Positions 10,597-20,932 are shown, counted from the first letter of the stretch. The stretch: DNA of 64,000 bases from Candidatus Obscuribacterales bacterium (GCA_965228855.1 CBDDIJ010000002.1:32001-96000); one strand, 5' to 3'. Notes: generated from the sequence alone by a model not told the origin. Translations and numbers: made by a program.

Positions 10597-11217
10597 ATGA
10601 CCTTAGACCGCCGCCAGATCATCAAGGGTGCCGGAACGCTGGGCGGGGTGCTGCTGGCGCAGAACCTGCCGCTCTGGGCCCATGCCGACGTGCGGCCGAC
10701 GGCGGCCGCCCCGGGCACCTTCATCATGATGTGCTCGGCGCTGACCGGCATCCCGCCGGGCTCGCTGCAGCCGGTCGTGTCGGAAGACAACCTGCCGATC
10801 GCCGACGTCTATTTCTACGCCCTGCAGTCCGGCAGCCCGGCCTATTGGTCGCAGTTGCTGACCGCCTACAACACATACGCCAACCAGGGCATGAGCCCGC
10901 AGCAGATCGCCCAGGCGATGCTGGCGGTCAACAACCAGATGCGCGTCGACTATGTCGGCACGCTGTCGCGGCTGACGGCGATGATGTGGATGTTCGGCGG
11001 CTGGTACGGCGCGCTGGAGAACAGCAACAATTCGAAATACGCGCCGGCCTGGCTGGCGCCCGGCTACCTGACCGACATGGTGCTGTCGTCGCGCGCCTAC
11101 AAGACCGGCTGGGTCTGGCGCGTCGCTCAGGCCCATCCGATGGGCTTCAGCCAGTTCGCCTTCGGCAGCTGGGCCGACGAGCCACCCACCCTTTCCGACT
11201 ACGGCGTCATCTCCTGA
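10597..11217 (+). CDS. Tat-exported small subunit of a sugar/sorbitol dehydrogenase-type complex
   Basis: Tat motif (DRRQIIK); MCSALTG; C-terminal AYKTGWVW...AHPMG...FGSWADEP typical of these small subunits; RBS gaggag. Confidence 0.75.
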   Translation: MTLDRRQIIKGAGTLGGVLLAQNLPLWAHADVRPTAAAPGTFIMMCSALTGIPPGSLQPVVSEDNLPIADVYFYALQSGSPAYWSQLLTAYNTYANQGMSPQQIAQAMLAVNNQMRVDYVGTLSRLTAMMWMFGGWYGALENSNNSKYAPAWLAPGYLTDMVLSSRAYKTGWVWRVAQAHPMGFSQFAFGSWADEPPTLSDYGVIS

Positions 11218-11261
11218 CGCCAGCGACCATCCGACCGTACCCGGCTCAACGGAGCTCAGCC

Positions 11262-13082
11262 ATGGCAAATTCGGGTCCCTACGACATCGTCATCGTCGGC
11301 GCAGGCTATGCCGGCGCCAACCTCGCCTATCTGCTGGCGCTGGCGAAGAAGCGCGTGCTGATCGTCGAATCCGGCCCGGAAGCACCGCACAGCCGCGAAG
11401 ACTACATGGAGAACTTCTACCTCAACACGTTCAAGTCGCCGTCGTCACCCTACCCGCCGAACGACAACGCGCTCGACCCGTCGCACACCAACCTGCCGCG
11501 ACCGACCATCCAGGCGCTGGTCGAAGCCTGGAACGATCCCTCGAAATCCTATTTCGAATACACATCCGGTTCAGATGCGTTCGCCAGTACTTACGAAAGA
11601 CTGTCCGGCGGCACCGGCAACCACTGGATGGGCACCTGCCTGCGCATGCTGTCCAACGACATGAAGCTGAACACGCTTTACAAGCAGGGCCGCGACTGGC
11701 CGATCGACTATTCCGACCTGATGGACGCCTATGGCCAGGCCGAATACCTGATCGGCGTGTCGGCCGATGTCGACGAGCAGCAGAAGGTCGGAACGGTCTT
11801 CCCGCCCGACTACCAGTATCCGATGCCGGCGCTGCCGAAGTCGGTCAACGACAAGGTGTTCGACAAGATCGTCGGACCGCCGCTCACCTCCGAGCAATAT
11901 TCGATCAACGCGACGCTGGTGACGGCGACACCAGCCGGGCGCAATTCCCGGCCCTACCAGAACCGGCGCGTCTGCCACGGCAACACCAATTGCACGCCGA
12001 TGTGCCCGATCCAGGCGAAGTACGACCCGACGATCACACTCAGCCTGGCGCTGGACACCGGCTATGTCGACGTCATCTACAAGAGCGTGGTCGACTACAT
12101 CACCGTGGACGGCGGCGGCAACGTCAACGGCGTGCACTACAAGACCTTCACCGACATGAACGTGCCAGCGACGAGCGGCCAGACCGGCGAGGGCTGGGCC
12201 TACGGCACGATCTACGCGCTGGCCGCCCATTCGGTCGAGAACGCCAAGATCCTGCTCAACTCGGCGCGCGTCACCGGCGTTCGCATCGCCAACAAGAGCG
12301 ATCAGGTCGGCCGCAACCTGATGGACCACCCGGTCTACCTGGCGTGGGGCCTGATGCCGTCGAGCAGCCGCAACTACCCCTATCGCGGGCCGATCTCCAC
12401 CTCGGGCGTCGAGTCGCTGCGGGACGGGCCGTTCCGCGTCAACCGCGCAGCCTGGCGCATCGAGATCGGCAATGAAGGATGGAACTGGCCGACGACCGAT
12501 CCCTACACCACCGCGCAGGACTATCTCTACGGCACCAACAATGGCGGTCTCAACGAGGTCAGCAGCATCTACGGCAACGTCAAATACCTGGCGACGCTGA
12601 ACGACCTTTTCACCCGGCAGTTCCGCGTCGGCTACCTGGTCGAGCAGGACGCTCAGCCCGGCAACCGCGTGCAATTGTCGACCACGCTGACCGACAATCT
12701 CGGCATTCCCCGCCCGCTGGTGACCTACAATCTGTCGAACTACACAAAGGCCGGTTTCCAGCAGGCGCGCGCCGCAACCTCGGAGTTGATCAACCGCCTG
12801 GACGCCGTCGAATACACCAGCAAGAAACCCGCTTCGGGAACCAACTTCGACTACAACGGCCAGAACTACAATTTCCAGGGCGCCGGCCATCTCTGTGGCA
12901 CGCATGTGATGGGCACGGATTCGTTCACCTCCGTGGTGAATTCATTCCAGCGCTGCTGGGACCACCAGAACCTCTATCTGGTGGGCTGCGGCTCGATGCC
13001 GAGCATCGGCACGGAAAACCCGACGCTCACCATGGTGGCGCTGACCTGGCGCACGGCGCAGGAGATGATCGCGCGGCTGTAG
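11262..13082 (+). CDS. GMC-family FAD oxidoreductase, large subunit with a 3Fe-4S-type Cys motif
   Basis: DIVIVGAGYAG, GGTGNHW, CHGNTNCTPMCP, VGRNLMDH, GHLCGT, ENPTLT; no signal peptide of its own. Confidence 0.9.
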   Translation: MANSGPYDIVIVGAGYAGANLAYLLALAKKRVLIVESGPEAPHSREDYMENFYLNTFKSPSSPYPPNDNALDPSHTNLPRPTIQALVEAWNDPSKSYFEYTSGSDAFASTYERLSGGTGNHWMGTCLRMLSNDMKLNTLYKQGRDWPIDYSDLMDAYGQAEYLIGVSADVDEQQKVGTVFPPDYQYPMPALPKSVNDKVFDKIVGPPLTSEQYSINATLVTATPAGRNSRPYQNRRVCHGNTNCTPMCPIQAKYDPTITLSLALDTGYVDVIYKSVVDYITVDGGGNVNGVHYKTFTDMNVPATSGQTGEGWAYGTIYALAAHSVENAKILLNSARVTGVRIANKSDQVGRNLMDHPVYLAWGLMPSSSRNYPYRGPISTSGVESLRDGPFRVNRAAWRIEIGNEGWNWPTTDPYTTAQDYLYGTNNGGLNEVSSIYGNVKYLATLNDLFTRQFRVGYLVEQDAQPGNRVQLSTTLTDNLGIPRPLVTYNLSNYTKAGFQQARAATSELINRLDAVEYTSKKPASGTNFDYNGQNYNFQGAGHLCGTHVMGTDSFTSVVNSFQRCWDHQNLYLVGCGSMPSIGTENPTLTMVALTWRTAQEMIARL

Positions 13083-13142
13083 GCTCGCAGAGCTGGCGGG
13101 CGACGGTATCGCGTCGCTCCGAACGCTGCTCAGGGATGCGGC

Positions 13143-14075
13143 TCAGGCGGTGCGCCGTGCCGCTTCCGTCGCCGATCCCTGTCCCGAAAGGCCGGCGTCG
13201 GCCAGCGATGCGGCAAGCGCTTGCGCATCGGCCGCGCCAAGCGGCGACAGCGGCGGCATGGTGCGCGACCAGCCGGCCTTGCCGGAACTCCAGGCGAGCG
13301 CGGCCTTCACCGAAGCGACCAGCGGGAACTTCGCGATCAGGCCGCGCAGTTCGACAGCTTTCGCCAGCCCGGCAGGCTGCGCCTCGCCCGACCCGCTCCA
13401 AGCGGCCTGCGCGAACGGGCCGGTGAGGTTGGCAGTGGCCGAAATGCAGCCGGCGAAACCGAGTTCCTTTGCCCGGCCGAGTGCGCCCTCGGCGCTTGGG
13501 AATACCGCGAAACCAGGCAGCGCCGAAGCCAGCCCGGCGGAGTAGTCGAGGTCGCCCGAACTGTCCTTCAGGCCAAGCACCGTGTCGGGGAAAGTTTCGC
13601 GCAAACGCCTCACGACATCCGGCGCGAACGGCACGCCGGAATTGGCCGGGAAGTGGTAGAGATAAAGCGGCAGGCCGGCGGCGCCGACGCGGCCGATCAG
13701 CGCTGCCAGATAGGCGTAGAGCCCCTCGGCATCGAGCCCCTTGTAGTAGAAGGGCGGCAGGACGAGCGCGCCGGCGAAGCCGAGCGATTTCGCCTCCGCC
13801 GTCAGCCGCGCTGTATCATCCAGCGCGGCCGTGCCGGTGCCAACCATGAAACGCCGCAGGTCGAGACCCGACCGCGCCACCGCGCGCATCGCGGCGATGC
13901 GTTGGTCGACGCCGAAGGACGTCGCCTCCCCGGTCGTGCCGAGGAGGTTGATGCCGTCGCAGCCGCCGTCGCCCAGCAGATATCCGCAATGCTCGACCAG
14001 ACCTTCGAGATCGATCGACAGGTCGTCGCGGAGCGGCGTGGCGGCGGCGGCGATCACGCCGTGCAATGCGGTCAT
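13143..14075 (-). CDS. Dihydrodipicolinate synthase/KDG aldolase family protein
   Basis: LGTTGEA, PPFYY, LYHFP, GLKDSSG (Schiff-base Lys). Confidence 0.88.
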   Translation of the reverse strand: MTALHGVIAAAATPLRDDLSIDLEGLVEHCGYLLGDGGCDGINLLGTTGEATSFGVDQRIAAMRAVARSGLDLRRFMVGTGTAALDDTARLTAEAKSLGFAGALVLPPFYYKGLDAEGLYAYLAALIGRVGAAGLPLYLYHFPANSGVPFAPDVVRRLRETFPDTVLGLKDSSGDLDYSAGLASALPGFAVFPSAEGALGRAKELGFAGCISATANLTGPFAQAAWSGSGEAQPAGLAKAVELRGLIAKFPLVASVKAALAWSSGKAGWSRTMPPLSPLGAADAQALAASLADAGLSGQGSATEAARRTA

Positions 14076-14101
14076 GGCTGTGGAGTCCTTCTGGTCAGTG
14101 G

Positions 14102-15538
14102 TCAGGGCAGCGTGTAGGCCGTCTTGACCGTCGTGTAGAATTCGGCGGCGTAGCGCCCTTGCTCGCGCGGTCCGTAGGACGAGCCTTTGCGGCCCCCGAA
14201 CGGCACGTGGTAGTCGACACCGGCGGTCGGCAGATTGACCATCACCATGCCGGCCTGGGCGTTGCGCCGGAAATGGCTGGCGTGCTTCAGGCTGGTGGTG
14301 CAGATGCCGGCCGACAGGCCGAAGGCGGTGTCGTTGGCGGCGGCGAGGGCCTCGTCATAGCCGGAGACGCGCTGCACGCCGGCCACCGGCCCGAAGATTT
14401 CCTCGCGGTTGATGCGCATGTCGGCGGTAACGTCGGTGAACAACGCCGGCTGCAGGTAGAAACCCTGCTTGTCCTTGCCGAGGCGTTCGCCACCCCAGGC
14501 GAGGTTCGCACCTTCCTTCTTGCCGATCTCGACATAGGAAAGATCCTGGTCGAGCTGAGACTGGTCGACGACCGGGCCGATGTGGGTACCGGCCTTCAGC
14601 GCGTCGTCGATGACGAGGCCTGACAGGCGCTCCTTCATTGCTGCCACGAAACGATCGTGGACACCATCCTCGACGATCAGGCGCGACGACGCGGTGCAGC
14701 GCTGGCCGGTAGAGAAAAACGCACCGTTCACGCAGGCTTCGACCGCGGTCTTCAGATCCGCGTCGGCGAGCACCACCATCGGATTCTTGCCGCCCATTTC
14801 GAGCTGGACCTTGCGCATATGGTCGATGCTGGCGACGGCGACCTTCCGGCCGGTCGCGACCGAGCCGGTGAAGGTGATGGCGTCGATGTCAGGGCTGTTC
14901 AGCATGGCGTCGCCGACGACCGAGCCGCGGCCCATGACGAGGTTGAACACGCCAGCGGGGACGCCGGAACGCGCGATGATGTCGGCCAGCGCCCAGGCGG
15001 AGCCCGGTACCAGATCGGCGGGCTTGAACACAACGGTGTTGCCGTAGGCGAGCGCCGGCGCGATCTTCCATGCGGGGATGGCGATCGGGAAGTTCCACGG
15101 GGTGATGATGCCGACGACGCCGACCGGCTCGCGCGTCACCTCGACCTCGATGCCGGGACGCGTCGACGGCAGCTTCTCGCCAGCCAGCCGAAGGGTCTCA
15201 CCGGAGAAGAAGCCGAAGATCTGGCCGGCGCGCACGACCTCGCCGATCGCCTCGGGAAGGGCCTTGCCCTCCTCGCGCGCCAGCAGGCGGCCGAGCTCGT
15301 CGCGGCGGGCGAGAATCTCGTCGCCGATCTTCTTCAGGACGTCATGACGCTCCTGGATGCCGGAGCGCGACCAAGAAGGCAGCGCCGCCTTGGCGGCGGC
15401 GATCGCCTCCAACGCATCCTCGCGCGAGGCGCGGACATAGGCGCCGACCACGTCGCTGGTGTCGGAGGGGTTGATGTTGTCGGCGGCGTCGGCCGCCTCG
15501 GTCCAGCGGCCGGCGATGAAATTCTGATGAACTGTCAT
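14102..15538 (-). CDS. Aldehyde dehydrogenase family protein
   Basis: ITPWNFP, FTGS, LEMGGKNP, GQRCTA, EEIFGPV. Confidence 0.95.
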   Translation of the reverse strand: MTVHQNFIAGRWTEAADAADNINPSDTSDVVGAYVRASREDALEAIAAAKAALPSWSRSGIQERHDVLKKIGDEILARRDELGRLLAREEGKALPEAIGEVVRAGQIFGFFSGETLRLAGEKLPSTRPGIEVEVTREPVGVVGIITPWNFPIAIPAWKIAPALAYGNTVVFKPADLVPGSAWALADIIARSGVPAGVFNLVMGRGSVVGDAMLNSPDIDAITFTGSVATGRKVAVASIDHMRKVQLEMGGKNPMVVLADADLKTAVEACVNGAFFSTGQRCTASSRLIVEDGVHDRFVAAMKERLSGLVIDDALKAGTHIGPVVDQSQLDQDLSYVEIGKKEGANLAWGGERLGKDKQGFYLQPALFTDVTADMRINREEIFGPVAGVQRVSGYDEALAAANDTAFGLSAGICTTSLKHASHFRRNAQAGMVMVNLPTAGVDYHVPFGGRKGSSYGPREQGRYAAEFYTTVKTAYTLP

Positions 15539-15876
15539 TTTTGTGCTGCACTTTTCCCTTCGACCGCGGCCACTTCGGCATGGTCGCGATCGGTTCGATA
15601 GACGGCACTGGCGCCGCCGGGCTCACCCCAGTTGGTCACCTGCGGGCCGAAGAATTCCGCGTTGATGCGCTGGAACTCTATCTCAGGCGGCGGCAGGTCG
15701 TCCTCGGAAAAGATGGCAGCCACCGGGCAGATCGATAGGCACAGGCCGCAGGAGATGCATTCCGTGGGGTGGATGTACATCATCCGCCCACCCTCGTAGA
15801 TGCATTCGACCGGGCAGACGTCCTGGCAGGCGCCATCCTTCACGTCGATGCAGGCTGAGGCGATGACGTAGACCAC
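15535..15876 (-). CDS. 7Fe (3Fe-4S/4Fe-4S) ferredoxin
   Basis: CIDVKDGACQDVCPVEC and CISCGLCLSICP; GTG start; overlaps the ALDH start. Confidence 0.88.
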   Translation of the reverse strand: MVYVIASACIDVKDGACQDVCPVECIYEGGRMMYIHPTECISCGLCLSICPVAAIFSEDDLPPPEIEFQRINAEFFGPQVTNWGEPGGASAVYRTDRDHAEVAAVEGKSAAQK

Positions 15877-15885
15877 GCTGCACCC

Positions 15886-16665
15886 TCAACGGCCGCGCCA
15901 GACCGGCGGCCGCTTTTCCTGGAAAGCCTGGACCCCCTCGTTCTGGTCCTCGGAGGCCAGTGCCTCGACCAGCTCGGGCAGCCGAAGCATCTGTGCCTCG
16001 CGCGGCGACATGCCGGCACCGGCGCGCAGCATTGCCTTGATGGCGCGGACCGATAACGGCGCGCAGGCAAGGATGTCGGCGACCCAGCGGTCGACCGCGG
16101 CGTCGAGGTCGGCGAGCGGCACGACCTCGTTGACGAGCCCGAACCCATGCGCCTGCGCGGCCGAAATGCGCTTGCCGGTGAGCAGCATGCCCATGGCGTG
16201 GACATGCGGGATGCGCCGCGCCAGTTGGGCGATGCCGCCGTCCAGCGCCAGCCGGCCGACGCGCGGCTCGGGCAGGCCGATGGTGGCGTTCTCGGACGCC
16301 ACGACGATGTCGCAGCCGAGCATCATCTCCATGCCGCCGCCGAGTGCATGGCCGTTGACACGGCCGATGACCGGCACGTTGAGGGTTTCGCGCAGCGAGA
16401 TGCCGCCGAAACCACCCGGCCTGGGTGCTGCCCAGTATTCGAGGCCGGACAGGCTCTTGCCACCACCCTTCATGTCGGCGCCGGTGCAGAAAGCGCGTTC
16501 GCCGGCGCCGGTCAGAACGACGACGCGAACGTCGCGATCCTTCTCGATCTCCTCCCAGATGCGGATGAGCTCGGCTTCGGTGGCGAGATCGACGGCGTTC
16601 ATGCGGTCGGCGCGGTCGATCGTCACGCGCGCGACGTTGTCCCGCCTGGTGAAGAGGACGCTCAT
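15886..16665 (-). CDS. Enoyl-CoA hydratase/isomerase family protein
   Basis: AFCTGADM, NGHALGGGME, GLPEPRVG, AFQEKRPP. Confidence 0.92.
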   Translation of the reverse strand: MSVLFTRRDNVARVTIDRADRMNAVDLATEAELIRIWEEIEKDRDVRVVVLTGAGERAFCTGADMKGGGKSLSGLEYWAAPRPGGFGGISLRETLNVPVIGRVNGHALGGGMEMMLGCDIVVASENATIGLPEPRVGRLALDGGIAQLARRIPHVHAMGMLLTGKRISAAQAHGFGLVNEVVPLADLDAAVDRWVADILACAPLSVRAIKAMLRAGAGMSPREAQMLRLPELVEALASEDQNEGVQAFQEKRPPVWRGR

Positions 16666-17870
16666 GCCGCGGCGCCGCGCCTGTCGCCGGCGACGATGCC
16701 GGCATCGATGAGCGCCTGGATGCGCTCCGACGAATACCCCGCCTCGGCCAGCACGGCGCGACCGTCGCCACCGAGCACCGGCGGCAGGTGCCGCATGCGG
16801 AAGGCGGACGGGTCCATCGTCAATGGCGAGCGCAACAATTGCCGCGGCTTGCCGTCGACGTCGATCACCGAGCCATTGGCCTCGGTCTGGCCGTGTTCAA
16901 GCGCCTCGGCTAGGGTCAGCACGGGCGCGCAGAGCAGGTCCTGCTCCTCGAGCTTCGCCAGCCAGTGGGCGGTGCTGCCGGAGGCGAATTTCTCGCGGAA
17001 GATGGAATGCAACGCCGCCTTGTTCTCCATCTGGGTGGCGAAAGACGAGAAGCGCGGCTCGAGCGACAGGTCGTCGATGCCGAGCGCGGCCGAGATGTCC
17101 TTCAGCGGGTTGGCCTTGAATGCGCCGACCAGCACGATGGCGCCGTCGGTGGTCTCGAACACGCCGGTGAGCGGGAATGCCGCCCAATTGAGGTTGGCGT
17201 CGCGCTGCAGCAGCATCGCGGCTTCCTGCACCTGCATGGCCAGCATCGATTCGAACAGCGACACCGACACCGCCTGGCCCTTGCCGGTCTTCTCGCGCTG
17301 GAACAGCGCCAGCAGGATAGCCTGCACGAGGTGCATACCCGCGGTGTAGTCGGCCAGCGCGGTGGGGTAGATCGTCATCGGCGTGGACTCGTCTGCCCGC
17401 CGCGACATCACGCCGGACAGAGCCTGGGCGAGGATGTCCTGCCCACCCTTGTGGGACAGCGGCCCGACCGTGCCGAAACCCGAACCGAAAGCCCAGATGA
17501 TGCGCGGGTTGACCGCCGACAGGGCGTCGTAGCCGAAACCCATACGTTCCATGACCCCGGCGCGGAAGTTGCTCACCACCACGTCGGCGTCACGGACGAG
17601 ATCGAGCACCACCGCTTTGGCCTCTTCCTTGCGCAGGTCGAGCGCGATCGAGCGCTTGTTGCGGTTGAGGCTCTGAAAGACCGGGTTCTGCGGGCCGGCA
17701 GGATCGTCGGCGATCGAGGTGCGCGACAGGTCACCGGCGCCCGGACGTTCGATCTTGATGACGTCAGCACCGTAGTCGGCCAGCGTCTGGGTGCAGACCG
17801 GTCCCAGCATGACCTGGGTGAAATCGACGACCTTGATGCCCGAAAGCGGTTGAGTCTCGGATGCTTGCAT
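16662..17870 (-). CDS. CaiB/BaiF family III CoA transferase
   Basis: PLSGIKVVDF, GADVIKIE, NRNKRSIALDL, NFRAG, LADY. Confidence 0.92.
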   Translation of the reverse strand: MQASETQPLSGIKVVDFTQVMLGPVCTQTLADYGADVIKIERPGAGDLSRTSIADDPAGPQNPVFQSLNRNKRSIALDLRKEEAKAVVLDLVRDADVVVSNFRAGVMERMGFGYDALSAVNPRIIWAFGSGFGTVGPLSHKGGQDILAQALSGVMSRRADESTPMTIYPTALADYTAGMHLVQAILLALFQREKTGKGQAVSVSLFESMLAMQVQEAAMLLQRDANLNWAAFPLTGVFETTDGAIVLVGAFKANPLKDISAALGIDDLSLEPRFSSFATQMENKAALHSIFREKFASGSTAHWLAKLEEQDLLCAPVLTLAEALEHGQTEANGSVIDVDGKPRQLLRSPLTMDPSAFRMRHLPPVLGGDGRAVLAEAGYSSERIQALIDAGIVAGDRRGAAA

Positions 17871-17882
17871 GTTCTCGCTGCC

Positions 17883-19235
17883 TTATTCCGCCGCTACGGG
17901 AAGTGTTGCGTTCGCTGCCGGCTGGTCACCCGGGTCAGCACCTTGAGCCCGCAGCGTCGCCTGCAACTTTGCCACGTCGACGCGGTTGAGGGGAACGTTT
18001 TCGTTGATCGCCAAAGCGGCCGCCACACCGGTCGCCTCGCCCATCGCCATGCAGGGCGGGATTTCACGGGAGATGCGCTGCGCCGCCGCCGTCGAGGAAT
18101 AATGCCGGCCGGCGACCAGCATCTGCGACAGGCCCTTTGGCAGCATGGTGCGGTAGGGATAATAATAGTCGCGGCCGCGCGCGACGCTGTCGGGGAAATG
18201 CCGGCGCAGCGCGACGTCATCCTTGGTCAACACGTACTCGCCCTCGAGCAGACGGCTCTGCCGCACGCCGACCTGCGGCGCGACATCGACGATGAAGGCG
18301 TTCTCGAAGCCGGGCATCTTGGCGCGGGCGAAAGCCAGCAGCTCGGCGATGCGTTCGCGGCCCTTGAAGTCGGCCTTGGTCAGGTCCTCGACCGAGGTGC
18401 CGTTCAGTCCGGCCATGTGCGGGCAGTTGCACCAGACGATGCCGGGCAGCGGCGTCTTCAACCACCAGCGCTCCCACGAGCCGCCCATGATGCGCTTGGC
18501 CTCGCGGTCGAGCGCGGCGAAGGTTTCCGGCTCGCCATATTCGAAGCGCTCGGCCGCCTCGGTGTCGACACCGCCGAGGCGGAACACCGTGGTGACGATG
18601 AACGACCCCTGCGAATAGGCCGCACCAGCCGACACCGCCACGTCGAGGTCGCCGGTCGCGTCGATGACGACCGAACCGAGGATTGCCTGGCGTCCGCCCT
18701 TGGTGTCGCAGATCACGCCCTTGACCACGCCGTCCTCGACGATGGCGCGCGAGAACCAGCTGTGCAGCCGCAAATTGACCTTGGCTTCCGCCACCATGTC
18801 GTTCGAGGCGCGCTTGAAGCCGTCCGGATCGAACGCCGAGGCGTAGCAGACCGGTTGCGGCTTCTGGTGCGAATGGAAGTTGTAGACGCCCCAGCGCGCC
18901 CATTGCTGGAACTTCACGGTGTCGGAGACCCAGTCCTGCTCGGGCGGCGTCACGCACAGGCCGAGCCGGGTCATGCGTTCGATCAGCTCGCTGCACAGTC
19001 CGCGCACAGTCACTTCCGGCCCGTCGCACATGTCGTCGAGCACCAGCACCATGCCGCCGGAAGCGAGGCCGCCGAGATAGGCGTAACGTTCGAGCAAGGT
19101 GACCGACAGGCCGTTGCGCGCGCCGGCAACCGCGGCTGCGATGCCGGCGGGGCCGCCTCCCACCACGACGAGGTCGGTCTCCGCGACGACCGGCACCTTG
19201 CCTGCCGGCTCGTCGATCATGCGTATCGCGGTCAT
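17883..19235 (-). CDS. FAD-dependent oxidoreductase
   Basis: VVGGGPAGIAAA, LGGLASGG, IDATGDLD, LVAGR, CMAMGEATG. Confidence 0.88.
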   Translation of the reverse strand: MTAIRMIDEPAGKVPVVAETDLVVVGGGPAGIAAAVAGARNGLSVTLLERYAYLGGLASGGMVLVLDDMCDGPEVTVRGLCSELIERMTRLGLCVTPPEQDWVSDTVKFQQWARWGVYNFHSHQKPQPVCYASAFDPDGFKRASNDMVAEAKVNLRLHSWFSRAIVEDGVVKGVICDTKGGRQAILGSVVIDATGDLDVAVSAGAAYSQGSFIVTTVFRLGGVDTEAAERFEYGEPETFAALDREAKRIMGGSWERWWLKTPLPGIVWCNCPHMAGLNGTSVEDLTKADFKGRERIAELLAFARAKMPGFENAFIVDVAPQVGVRQSRLLEGEYVLTKDDVALRRHFPDSVARGRDYYYPYRTMLPKGLSQMLVAGRHYSSTAAAQRISREIPPCMAMGEATGVAAALAINENVPLNRVDVAKLQATLRAQGADPGDQPAANATLPVAAE

Positions 19236-19268
19236 GCTAAGGACTCCAGATTTCTCAGGTTTGCGTGG

Positions 19269-20117
19269 TCAGCCCGTACGGCCGACGTTCCAGGTGAGCA
19301 CCCGGCCTTCGATCCAGGTGATGATCCCGAAGAAGGTGGCCGAGAACACCGAACCGACGACGATGGTGGCGTAGAGCAGCGGTGAATCGAATGCGTAGGT
19401 GGCCTGGATGATCAGCGCGCCGATGCCGGCGGTCGAGCCGATCCATTCGCCGACGATGGCGCCGATGACGGCGGTCGAAGCGGCGATCTTCAGCGCCGAG
19501 AACAGATAGGGCAGCGAGTTCTTGAGCCGCACCTTCTGGAACACCTCGCGCGGCGAGGCCGACAGCACGTGCATCAGCTCCAGCTGCTGCGGGTTCACGT
19601 CGCGCAGGCCGCGCGTCATGTTGACCAGCGTCGGGAAGAAGCAGATCAGCGCGGCGATGGCGATCTTCGGCTCCATGCCGTTGCCGAGCAGCAGCACCAG
19701 GATCGGCGCCTTGGCGACCACCGGGATGGTGTTGACCATGACGGCGATCGGGAAGAACGCTTCCTCCAGCGTGTCCTTGTAGGCGAAGGCAATGGCGATG
19801 GTGATGGCCGCGACGTTGCCGATGATGAAGCCGGCGATCGCCTCGATGGCGGTCGGCAGCAGGTTTGCCATCAGCATCGGGAACTTGCTCACCAGCACGG
19901 TGAAGATGGCGCTCGGCGCCGGGGCGATGAACGGCTTGATGTCGAAGACATGGACCGAGACCTCCCAGACGACCAGCAACACGAGAAGGGCGGCCAGCGG
20001 CAGCAGGCGGCGGCGCCATTTCAGCCGGCGCTTGTTGGCGATGTATTTGGCCTGGGCGTCGCCATCGGTGGCGAAGGCACCGCCCATTGCGACCGCGTCG
20101 TTCACGGCGATGGACAT
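19269..20117 (-). CDS. NitT/TauT-family ABC permease
   Basis: PAPSAI, FFPTLVN, AIVGEWIG; TGATG coupling with the upstream ATPase gene. Confidence 0.9.
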   Translation of the reverse strand: MSIAVNDAVAMGGAFATDGDAQAKYIANKRRLKWRRRLLPLAALLVLLVVWEVSVHVFDIKPFIAPAPSAIFTVLVSKFPMLMANLLPTAIEAIAGFIIGNVAAITIAIAFAYKDTLEEAFFPIAVMVNTIPVVAKAPILVLLLGNGMEPKIAIAALICFFPTLVNMTRGLRDVNPQQLELMHVLSASPREVFQKVRLKNSLPYLFSALKIAASTAVIGAIVGEWIGSTAGIGALIIQATYAFDSPLLYATIVVGSVFSATFFGIITWIEGRVLTWNVGRTG

Positions 20118-20932
20118 CAGCATGTCTCCAGGACACGGCGCAGATGCGAAACCAGCGCGACGAATTCCGGCGTCTCGCGCATCGCGATCTTGCGGGGGTG
20201 GGGCAGGTTGACGGGGACACGTTCACGCACCCGGCCGGGGCGTGCGGCGAGCAGCAGCACCTCCTGGCCGAGGAACGCCGCCTCGTAGATCGAGTGGGTG
20301 ACGAACAGGATCGTCGTGCCGGTGCGCTCCCACACCGCCAGAAGCTCTTCATTGAGCCGGTCGCGGGTGATCTCGTCGAGGGCGCCGAAGGGCTCGTCCA
20401 TGAACAGCAGCTTCGGCGCCGACACCAGAGCGCGGGCGATCGAAACACGCTGCCGCATGCCGCCGGAGAGTTCGTGCGGGAACGCTTTCTCCCATCCCGA
20501 CAGTCCGACGAGCTGCAGCAGTTCGCGCGGGTCGCGGGCACGCCCGTCCGGCGCACCGCCGCCGACTTCCAGCGGCAGCATCACGTTCTCGATGACGTTG
20601 CGCCACGGCAGCAGCGCCGCATCCTGGAAGACGAAACCGATGTCACGGCGCGACCGCGCCGCCGACGGCGTGCCTCCGAGAACCCTGGCTGTCCCGGAAC
20701 TCGGCGGGACAATGTCGGCGGCGACACGCAGCAAGGTGGACTTGCCGCAGCCGGACGGACCGAGCAGCGTCAGAAACCCGCCCTTCGGAACGACGAGGTC
20801 GATCCCGTCGAGCGCGGTGACCGTGCCGCGCTCGGTGGTGAAGCGGACGGACACCTGATGGAGATCGACCGCGCTCGCAGCCTCGTCCCCGGTGGGGGAC
20901 TCGGCCACGCGCTTTTCGAATGCCAGCGCCAT
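20117..20932 (-). CDS. NitT/TauT-family ABC ATP-binding protein
   Basis: GPSGCGKS, LSGGMRQR, MDEPFGALD, VTHS. Confidence 0.92.
   Translation of the reverse strand: MALAFEKRVAESPTGDEAASAVDLHQVSVRFTTERGTVTALDGIDLVVPKGGFLTLLGPSGCGKSTLLRVAADIVPPSSGTARVLGGTPSAARSRRDIGFVFQDAALLPWRNVIENVMLPLEVGGGAPDGRARDPRELLQLVGLSGWEKAFPHELSGGMRQRVSIARALVSAPKLLFMDEPFGALDEITRDRLNEELLAVWERTGTTILFVTHSIYEAAFLGQEVLLLAARPGRVRERVPVNLPHPRKIAMRETPEFVALVSHLRRVLETC

Noticed and set aside
16965..19385. Long antisense or alternative-frame ORFs (806 aa here; also 26059-28206, 38810-41173, 61645-63534, 49210-50520)
   Set aside because: They shadow well-supported genes in high-GC3 DNA and show no recognisable motifs.
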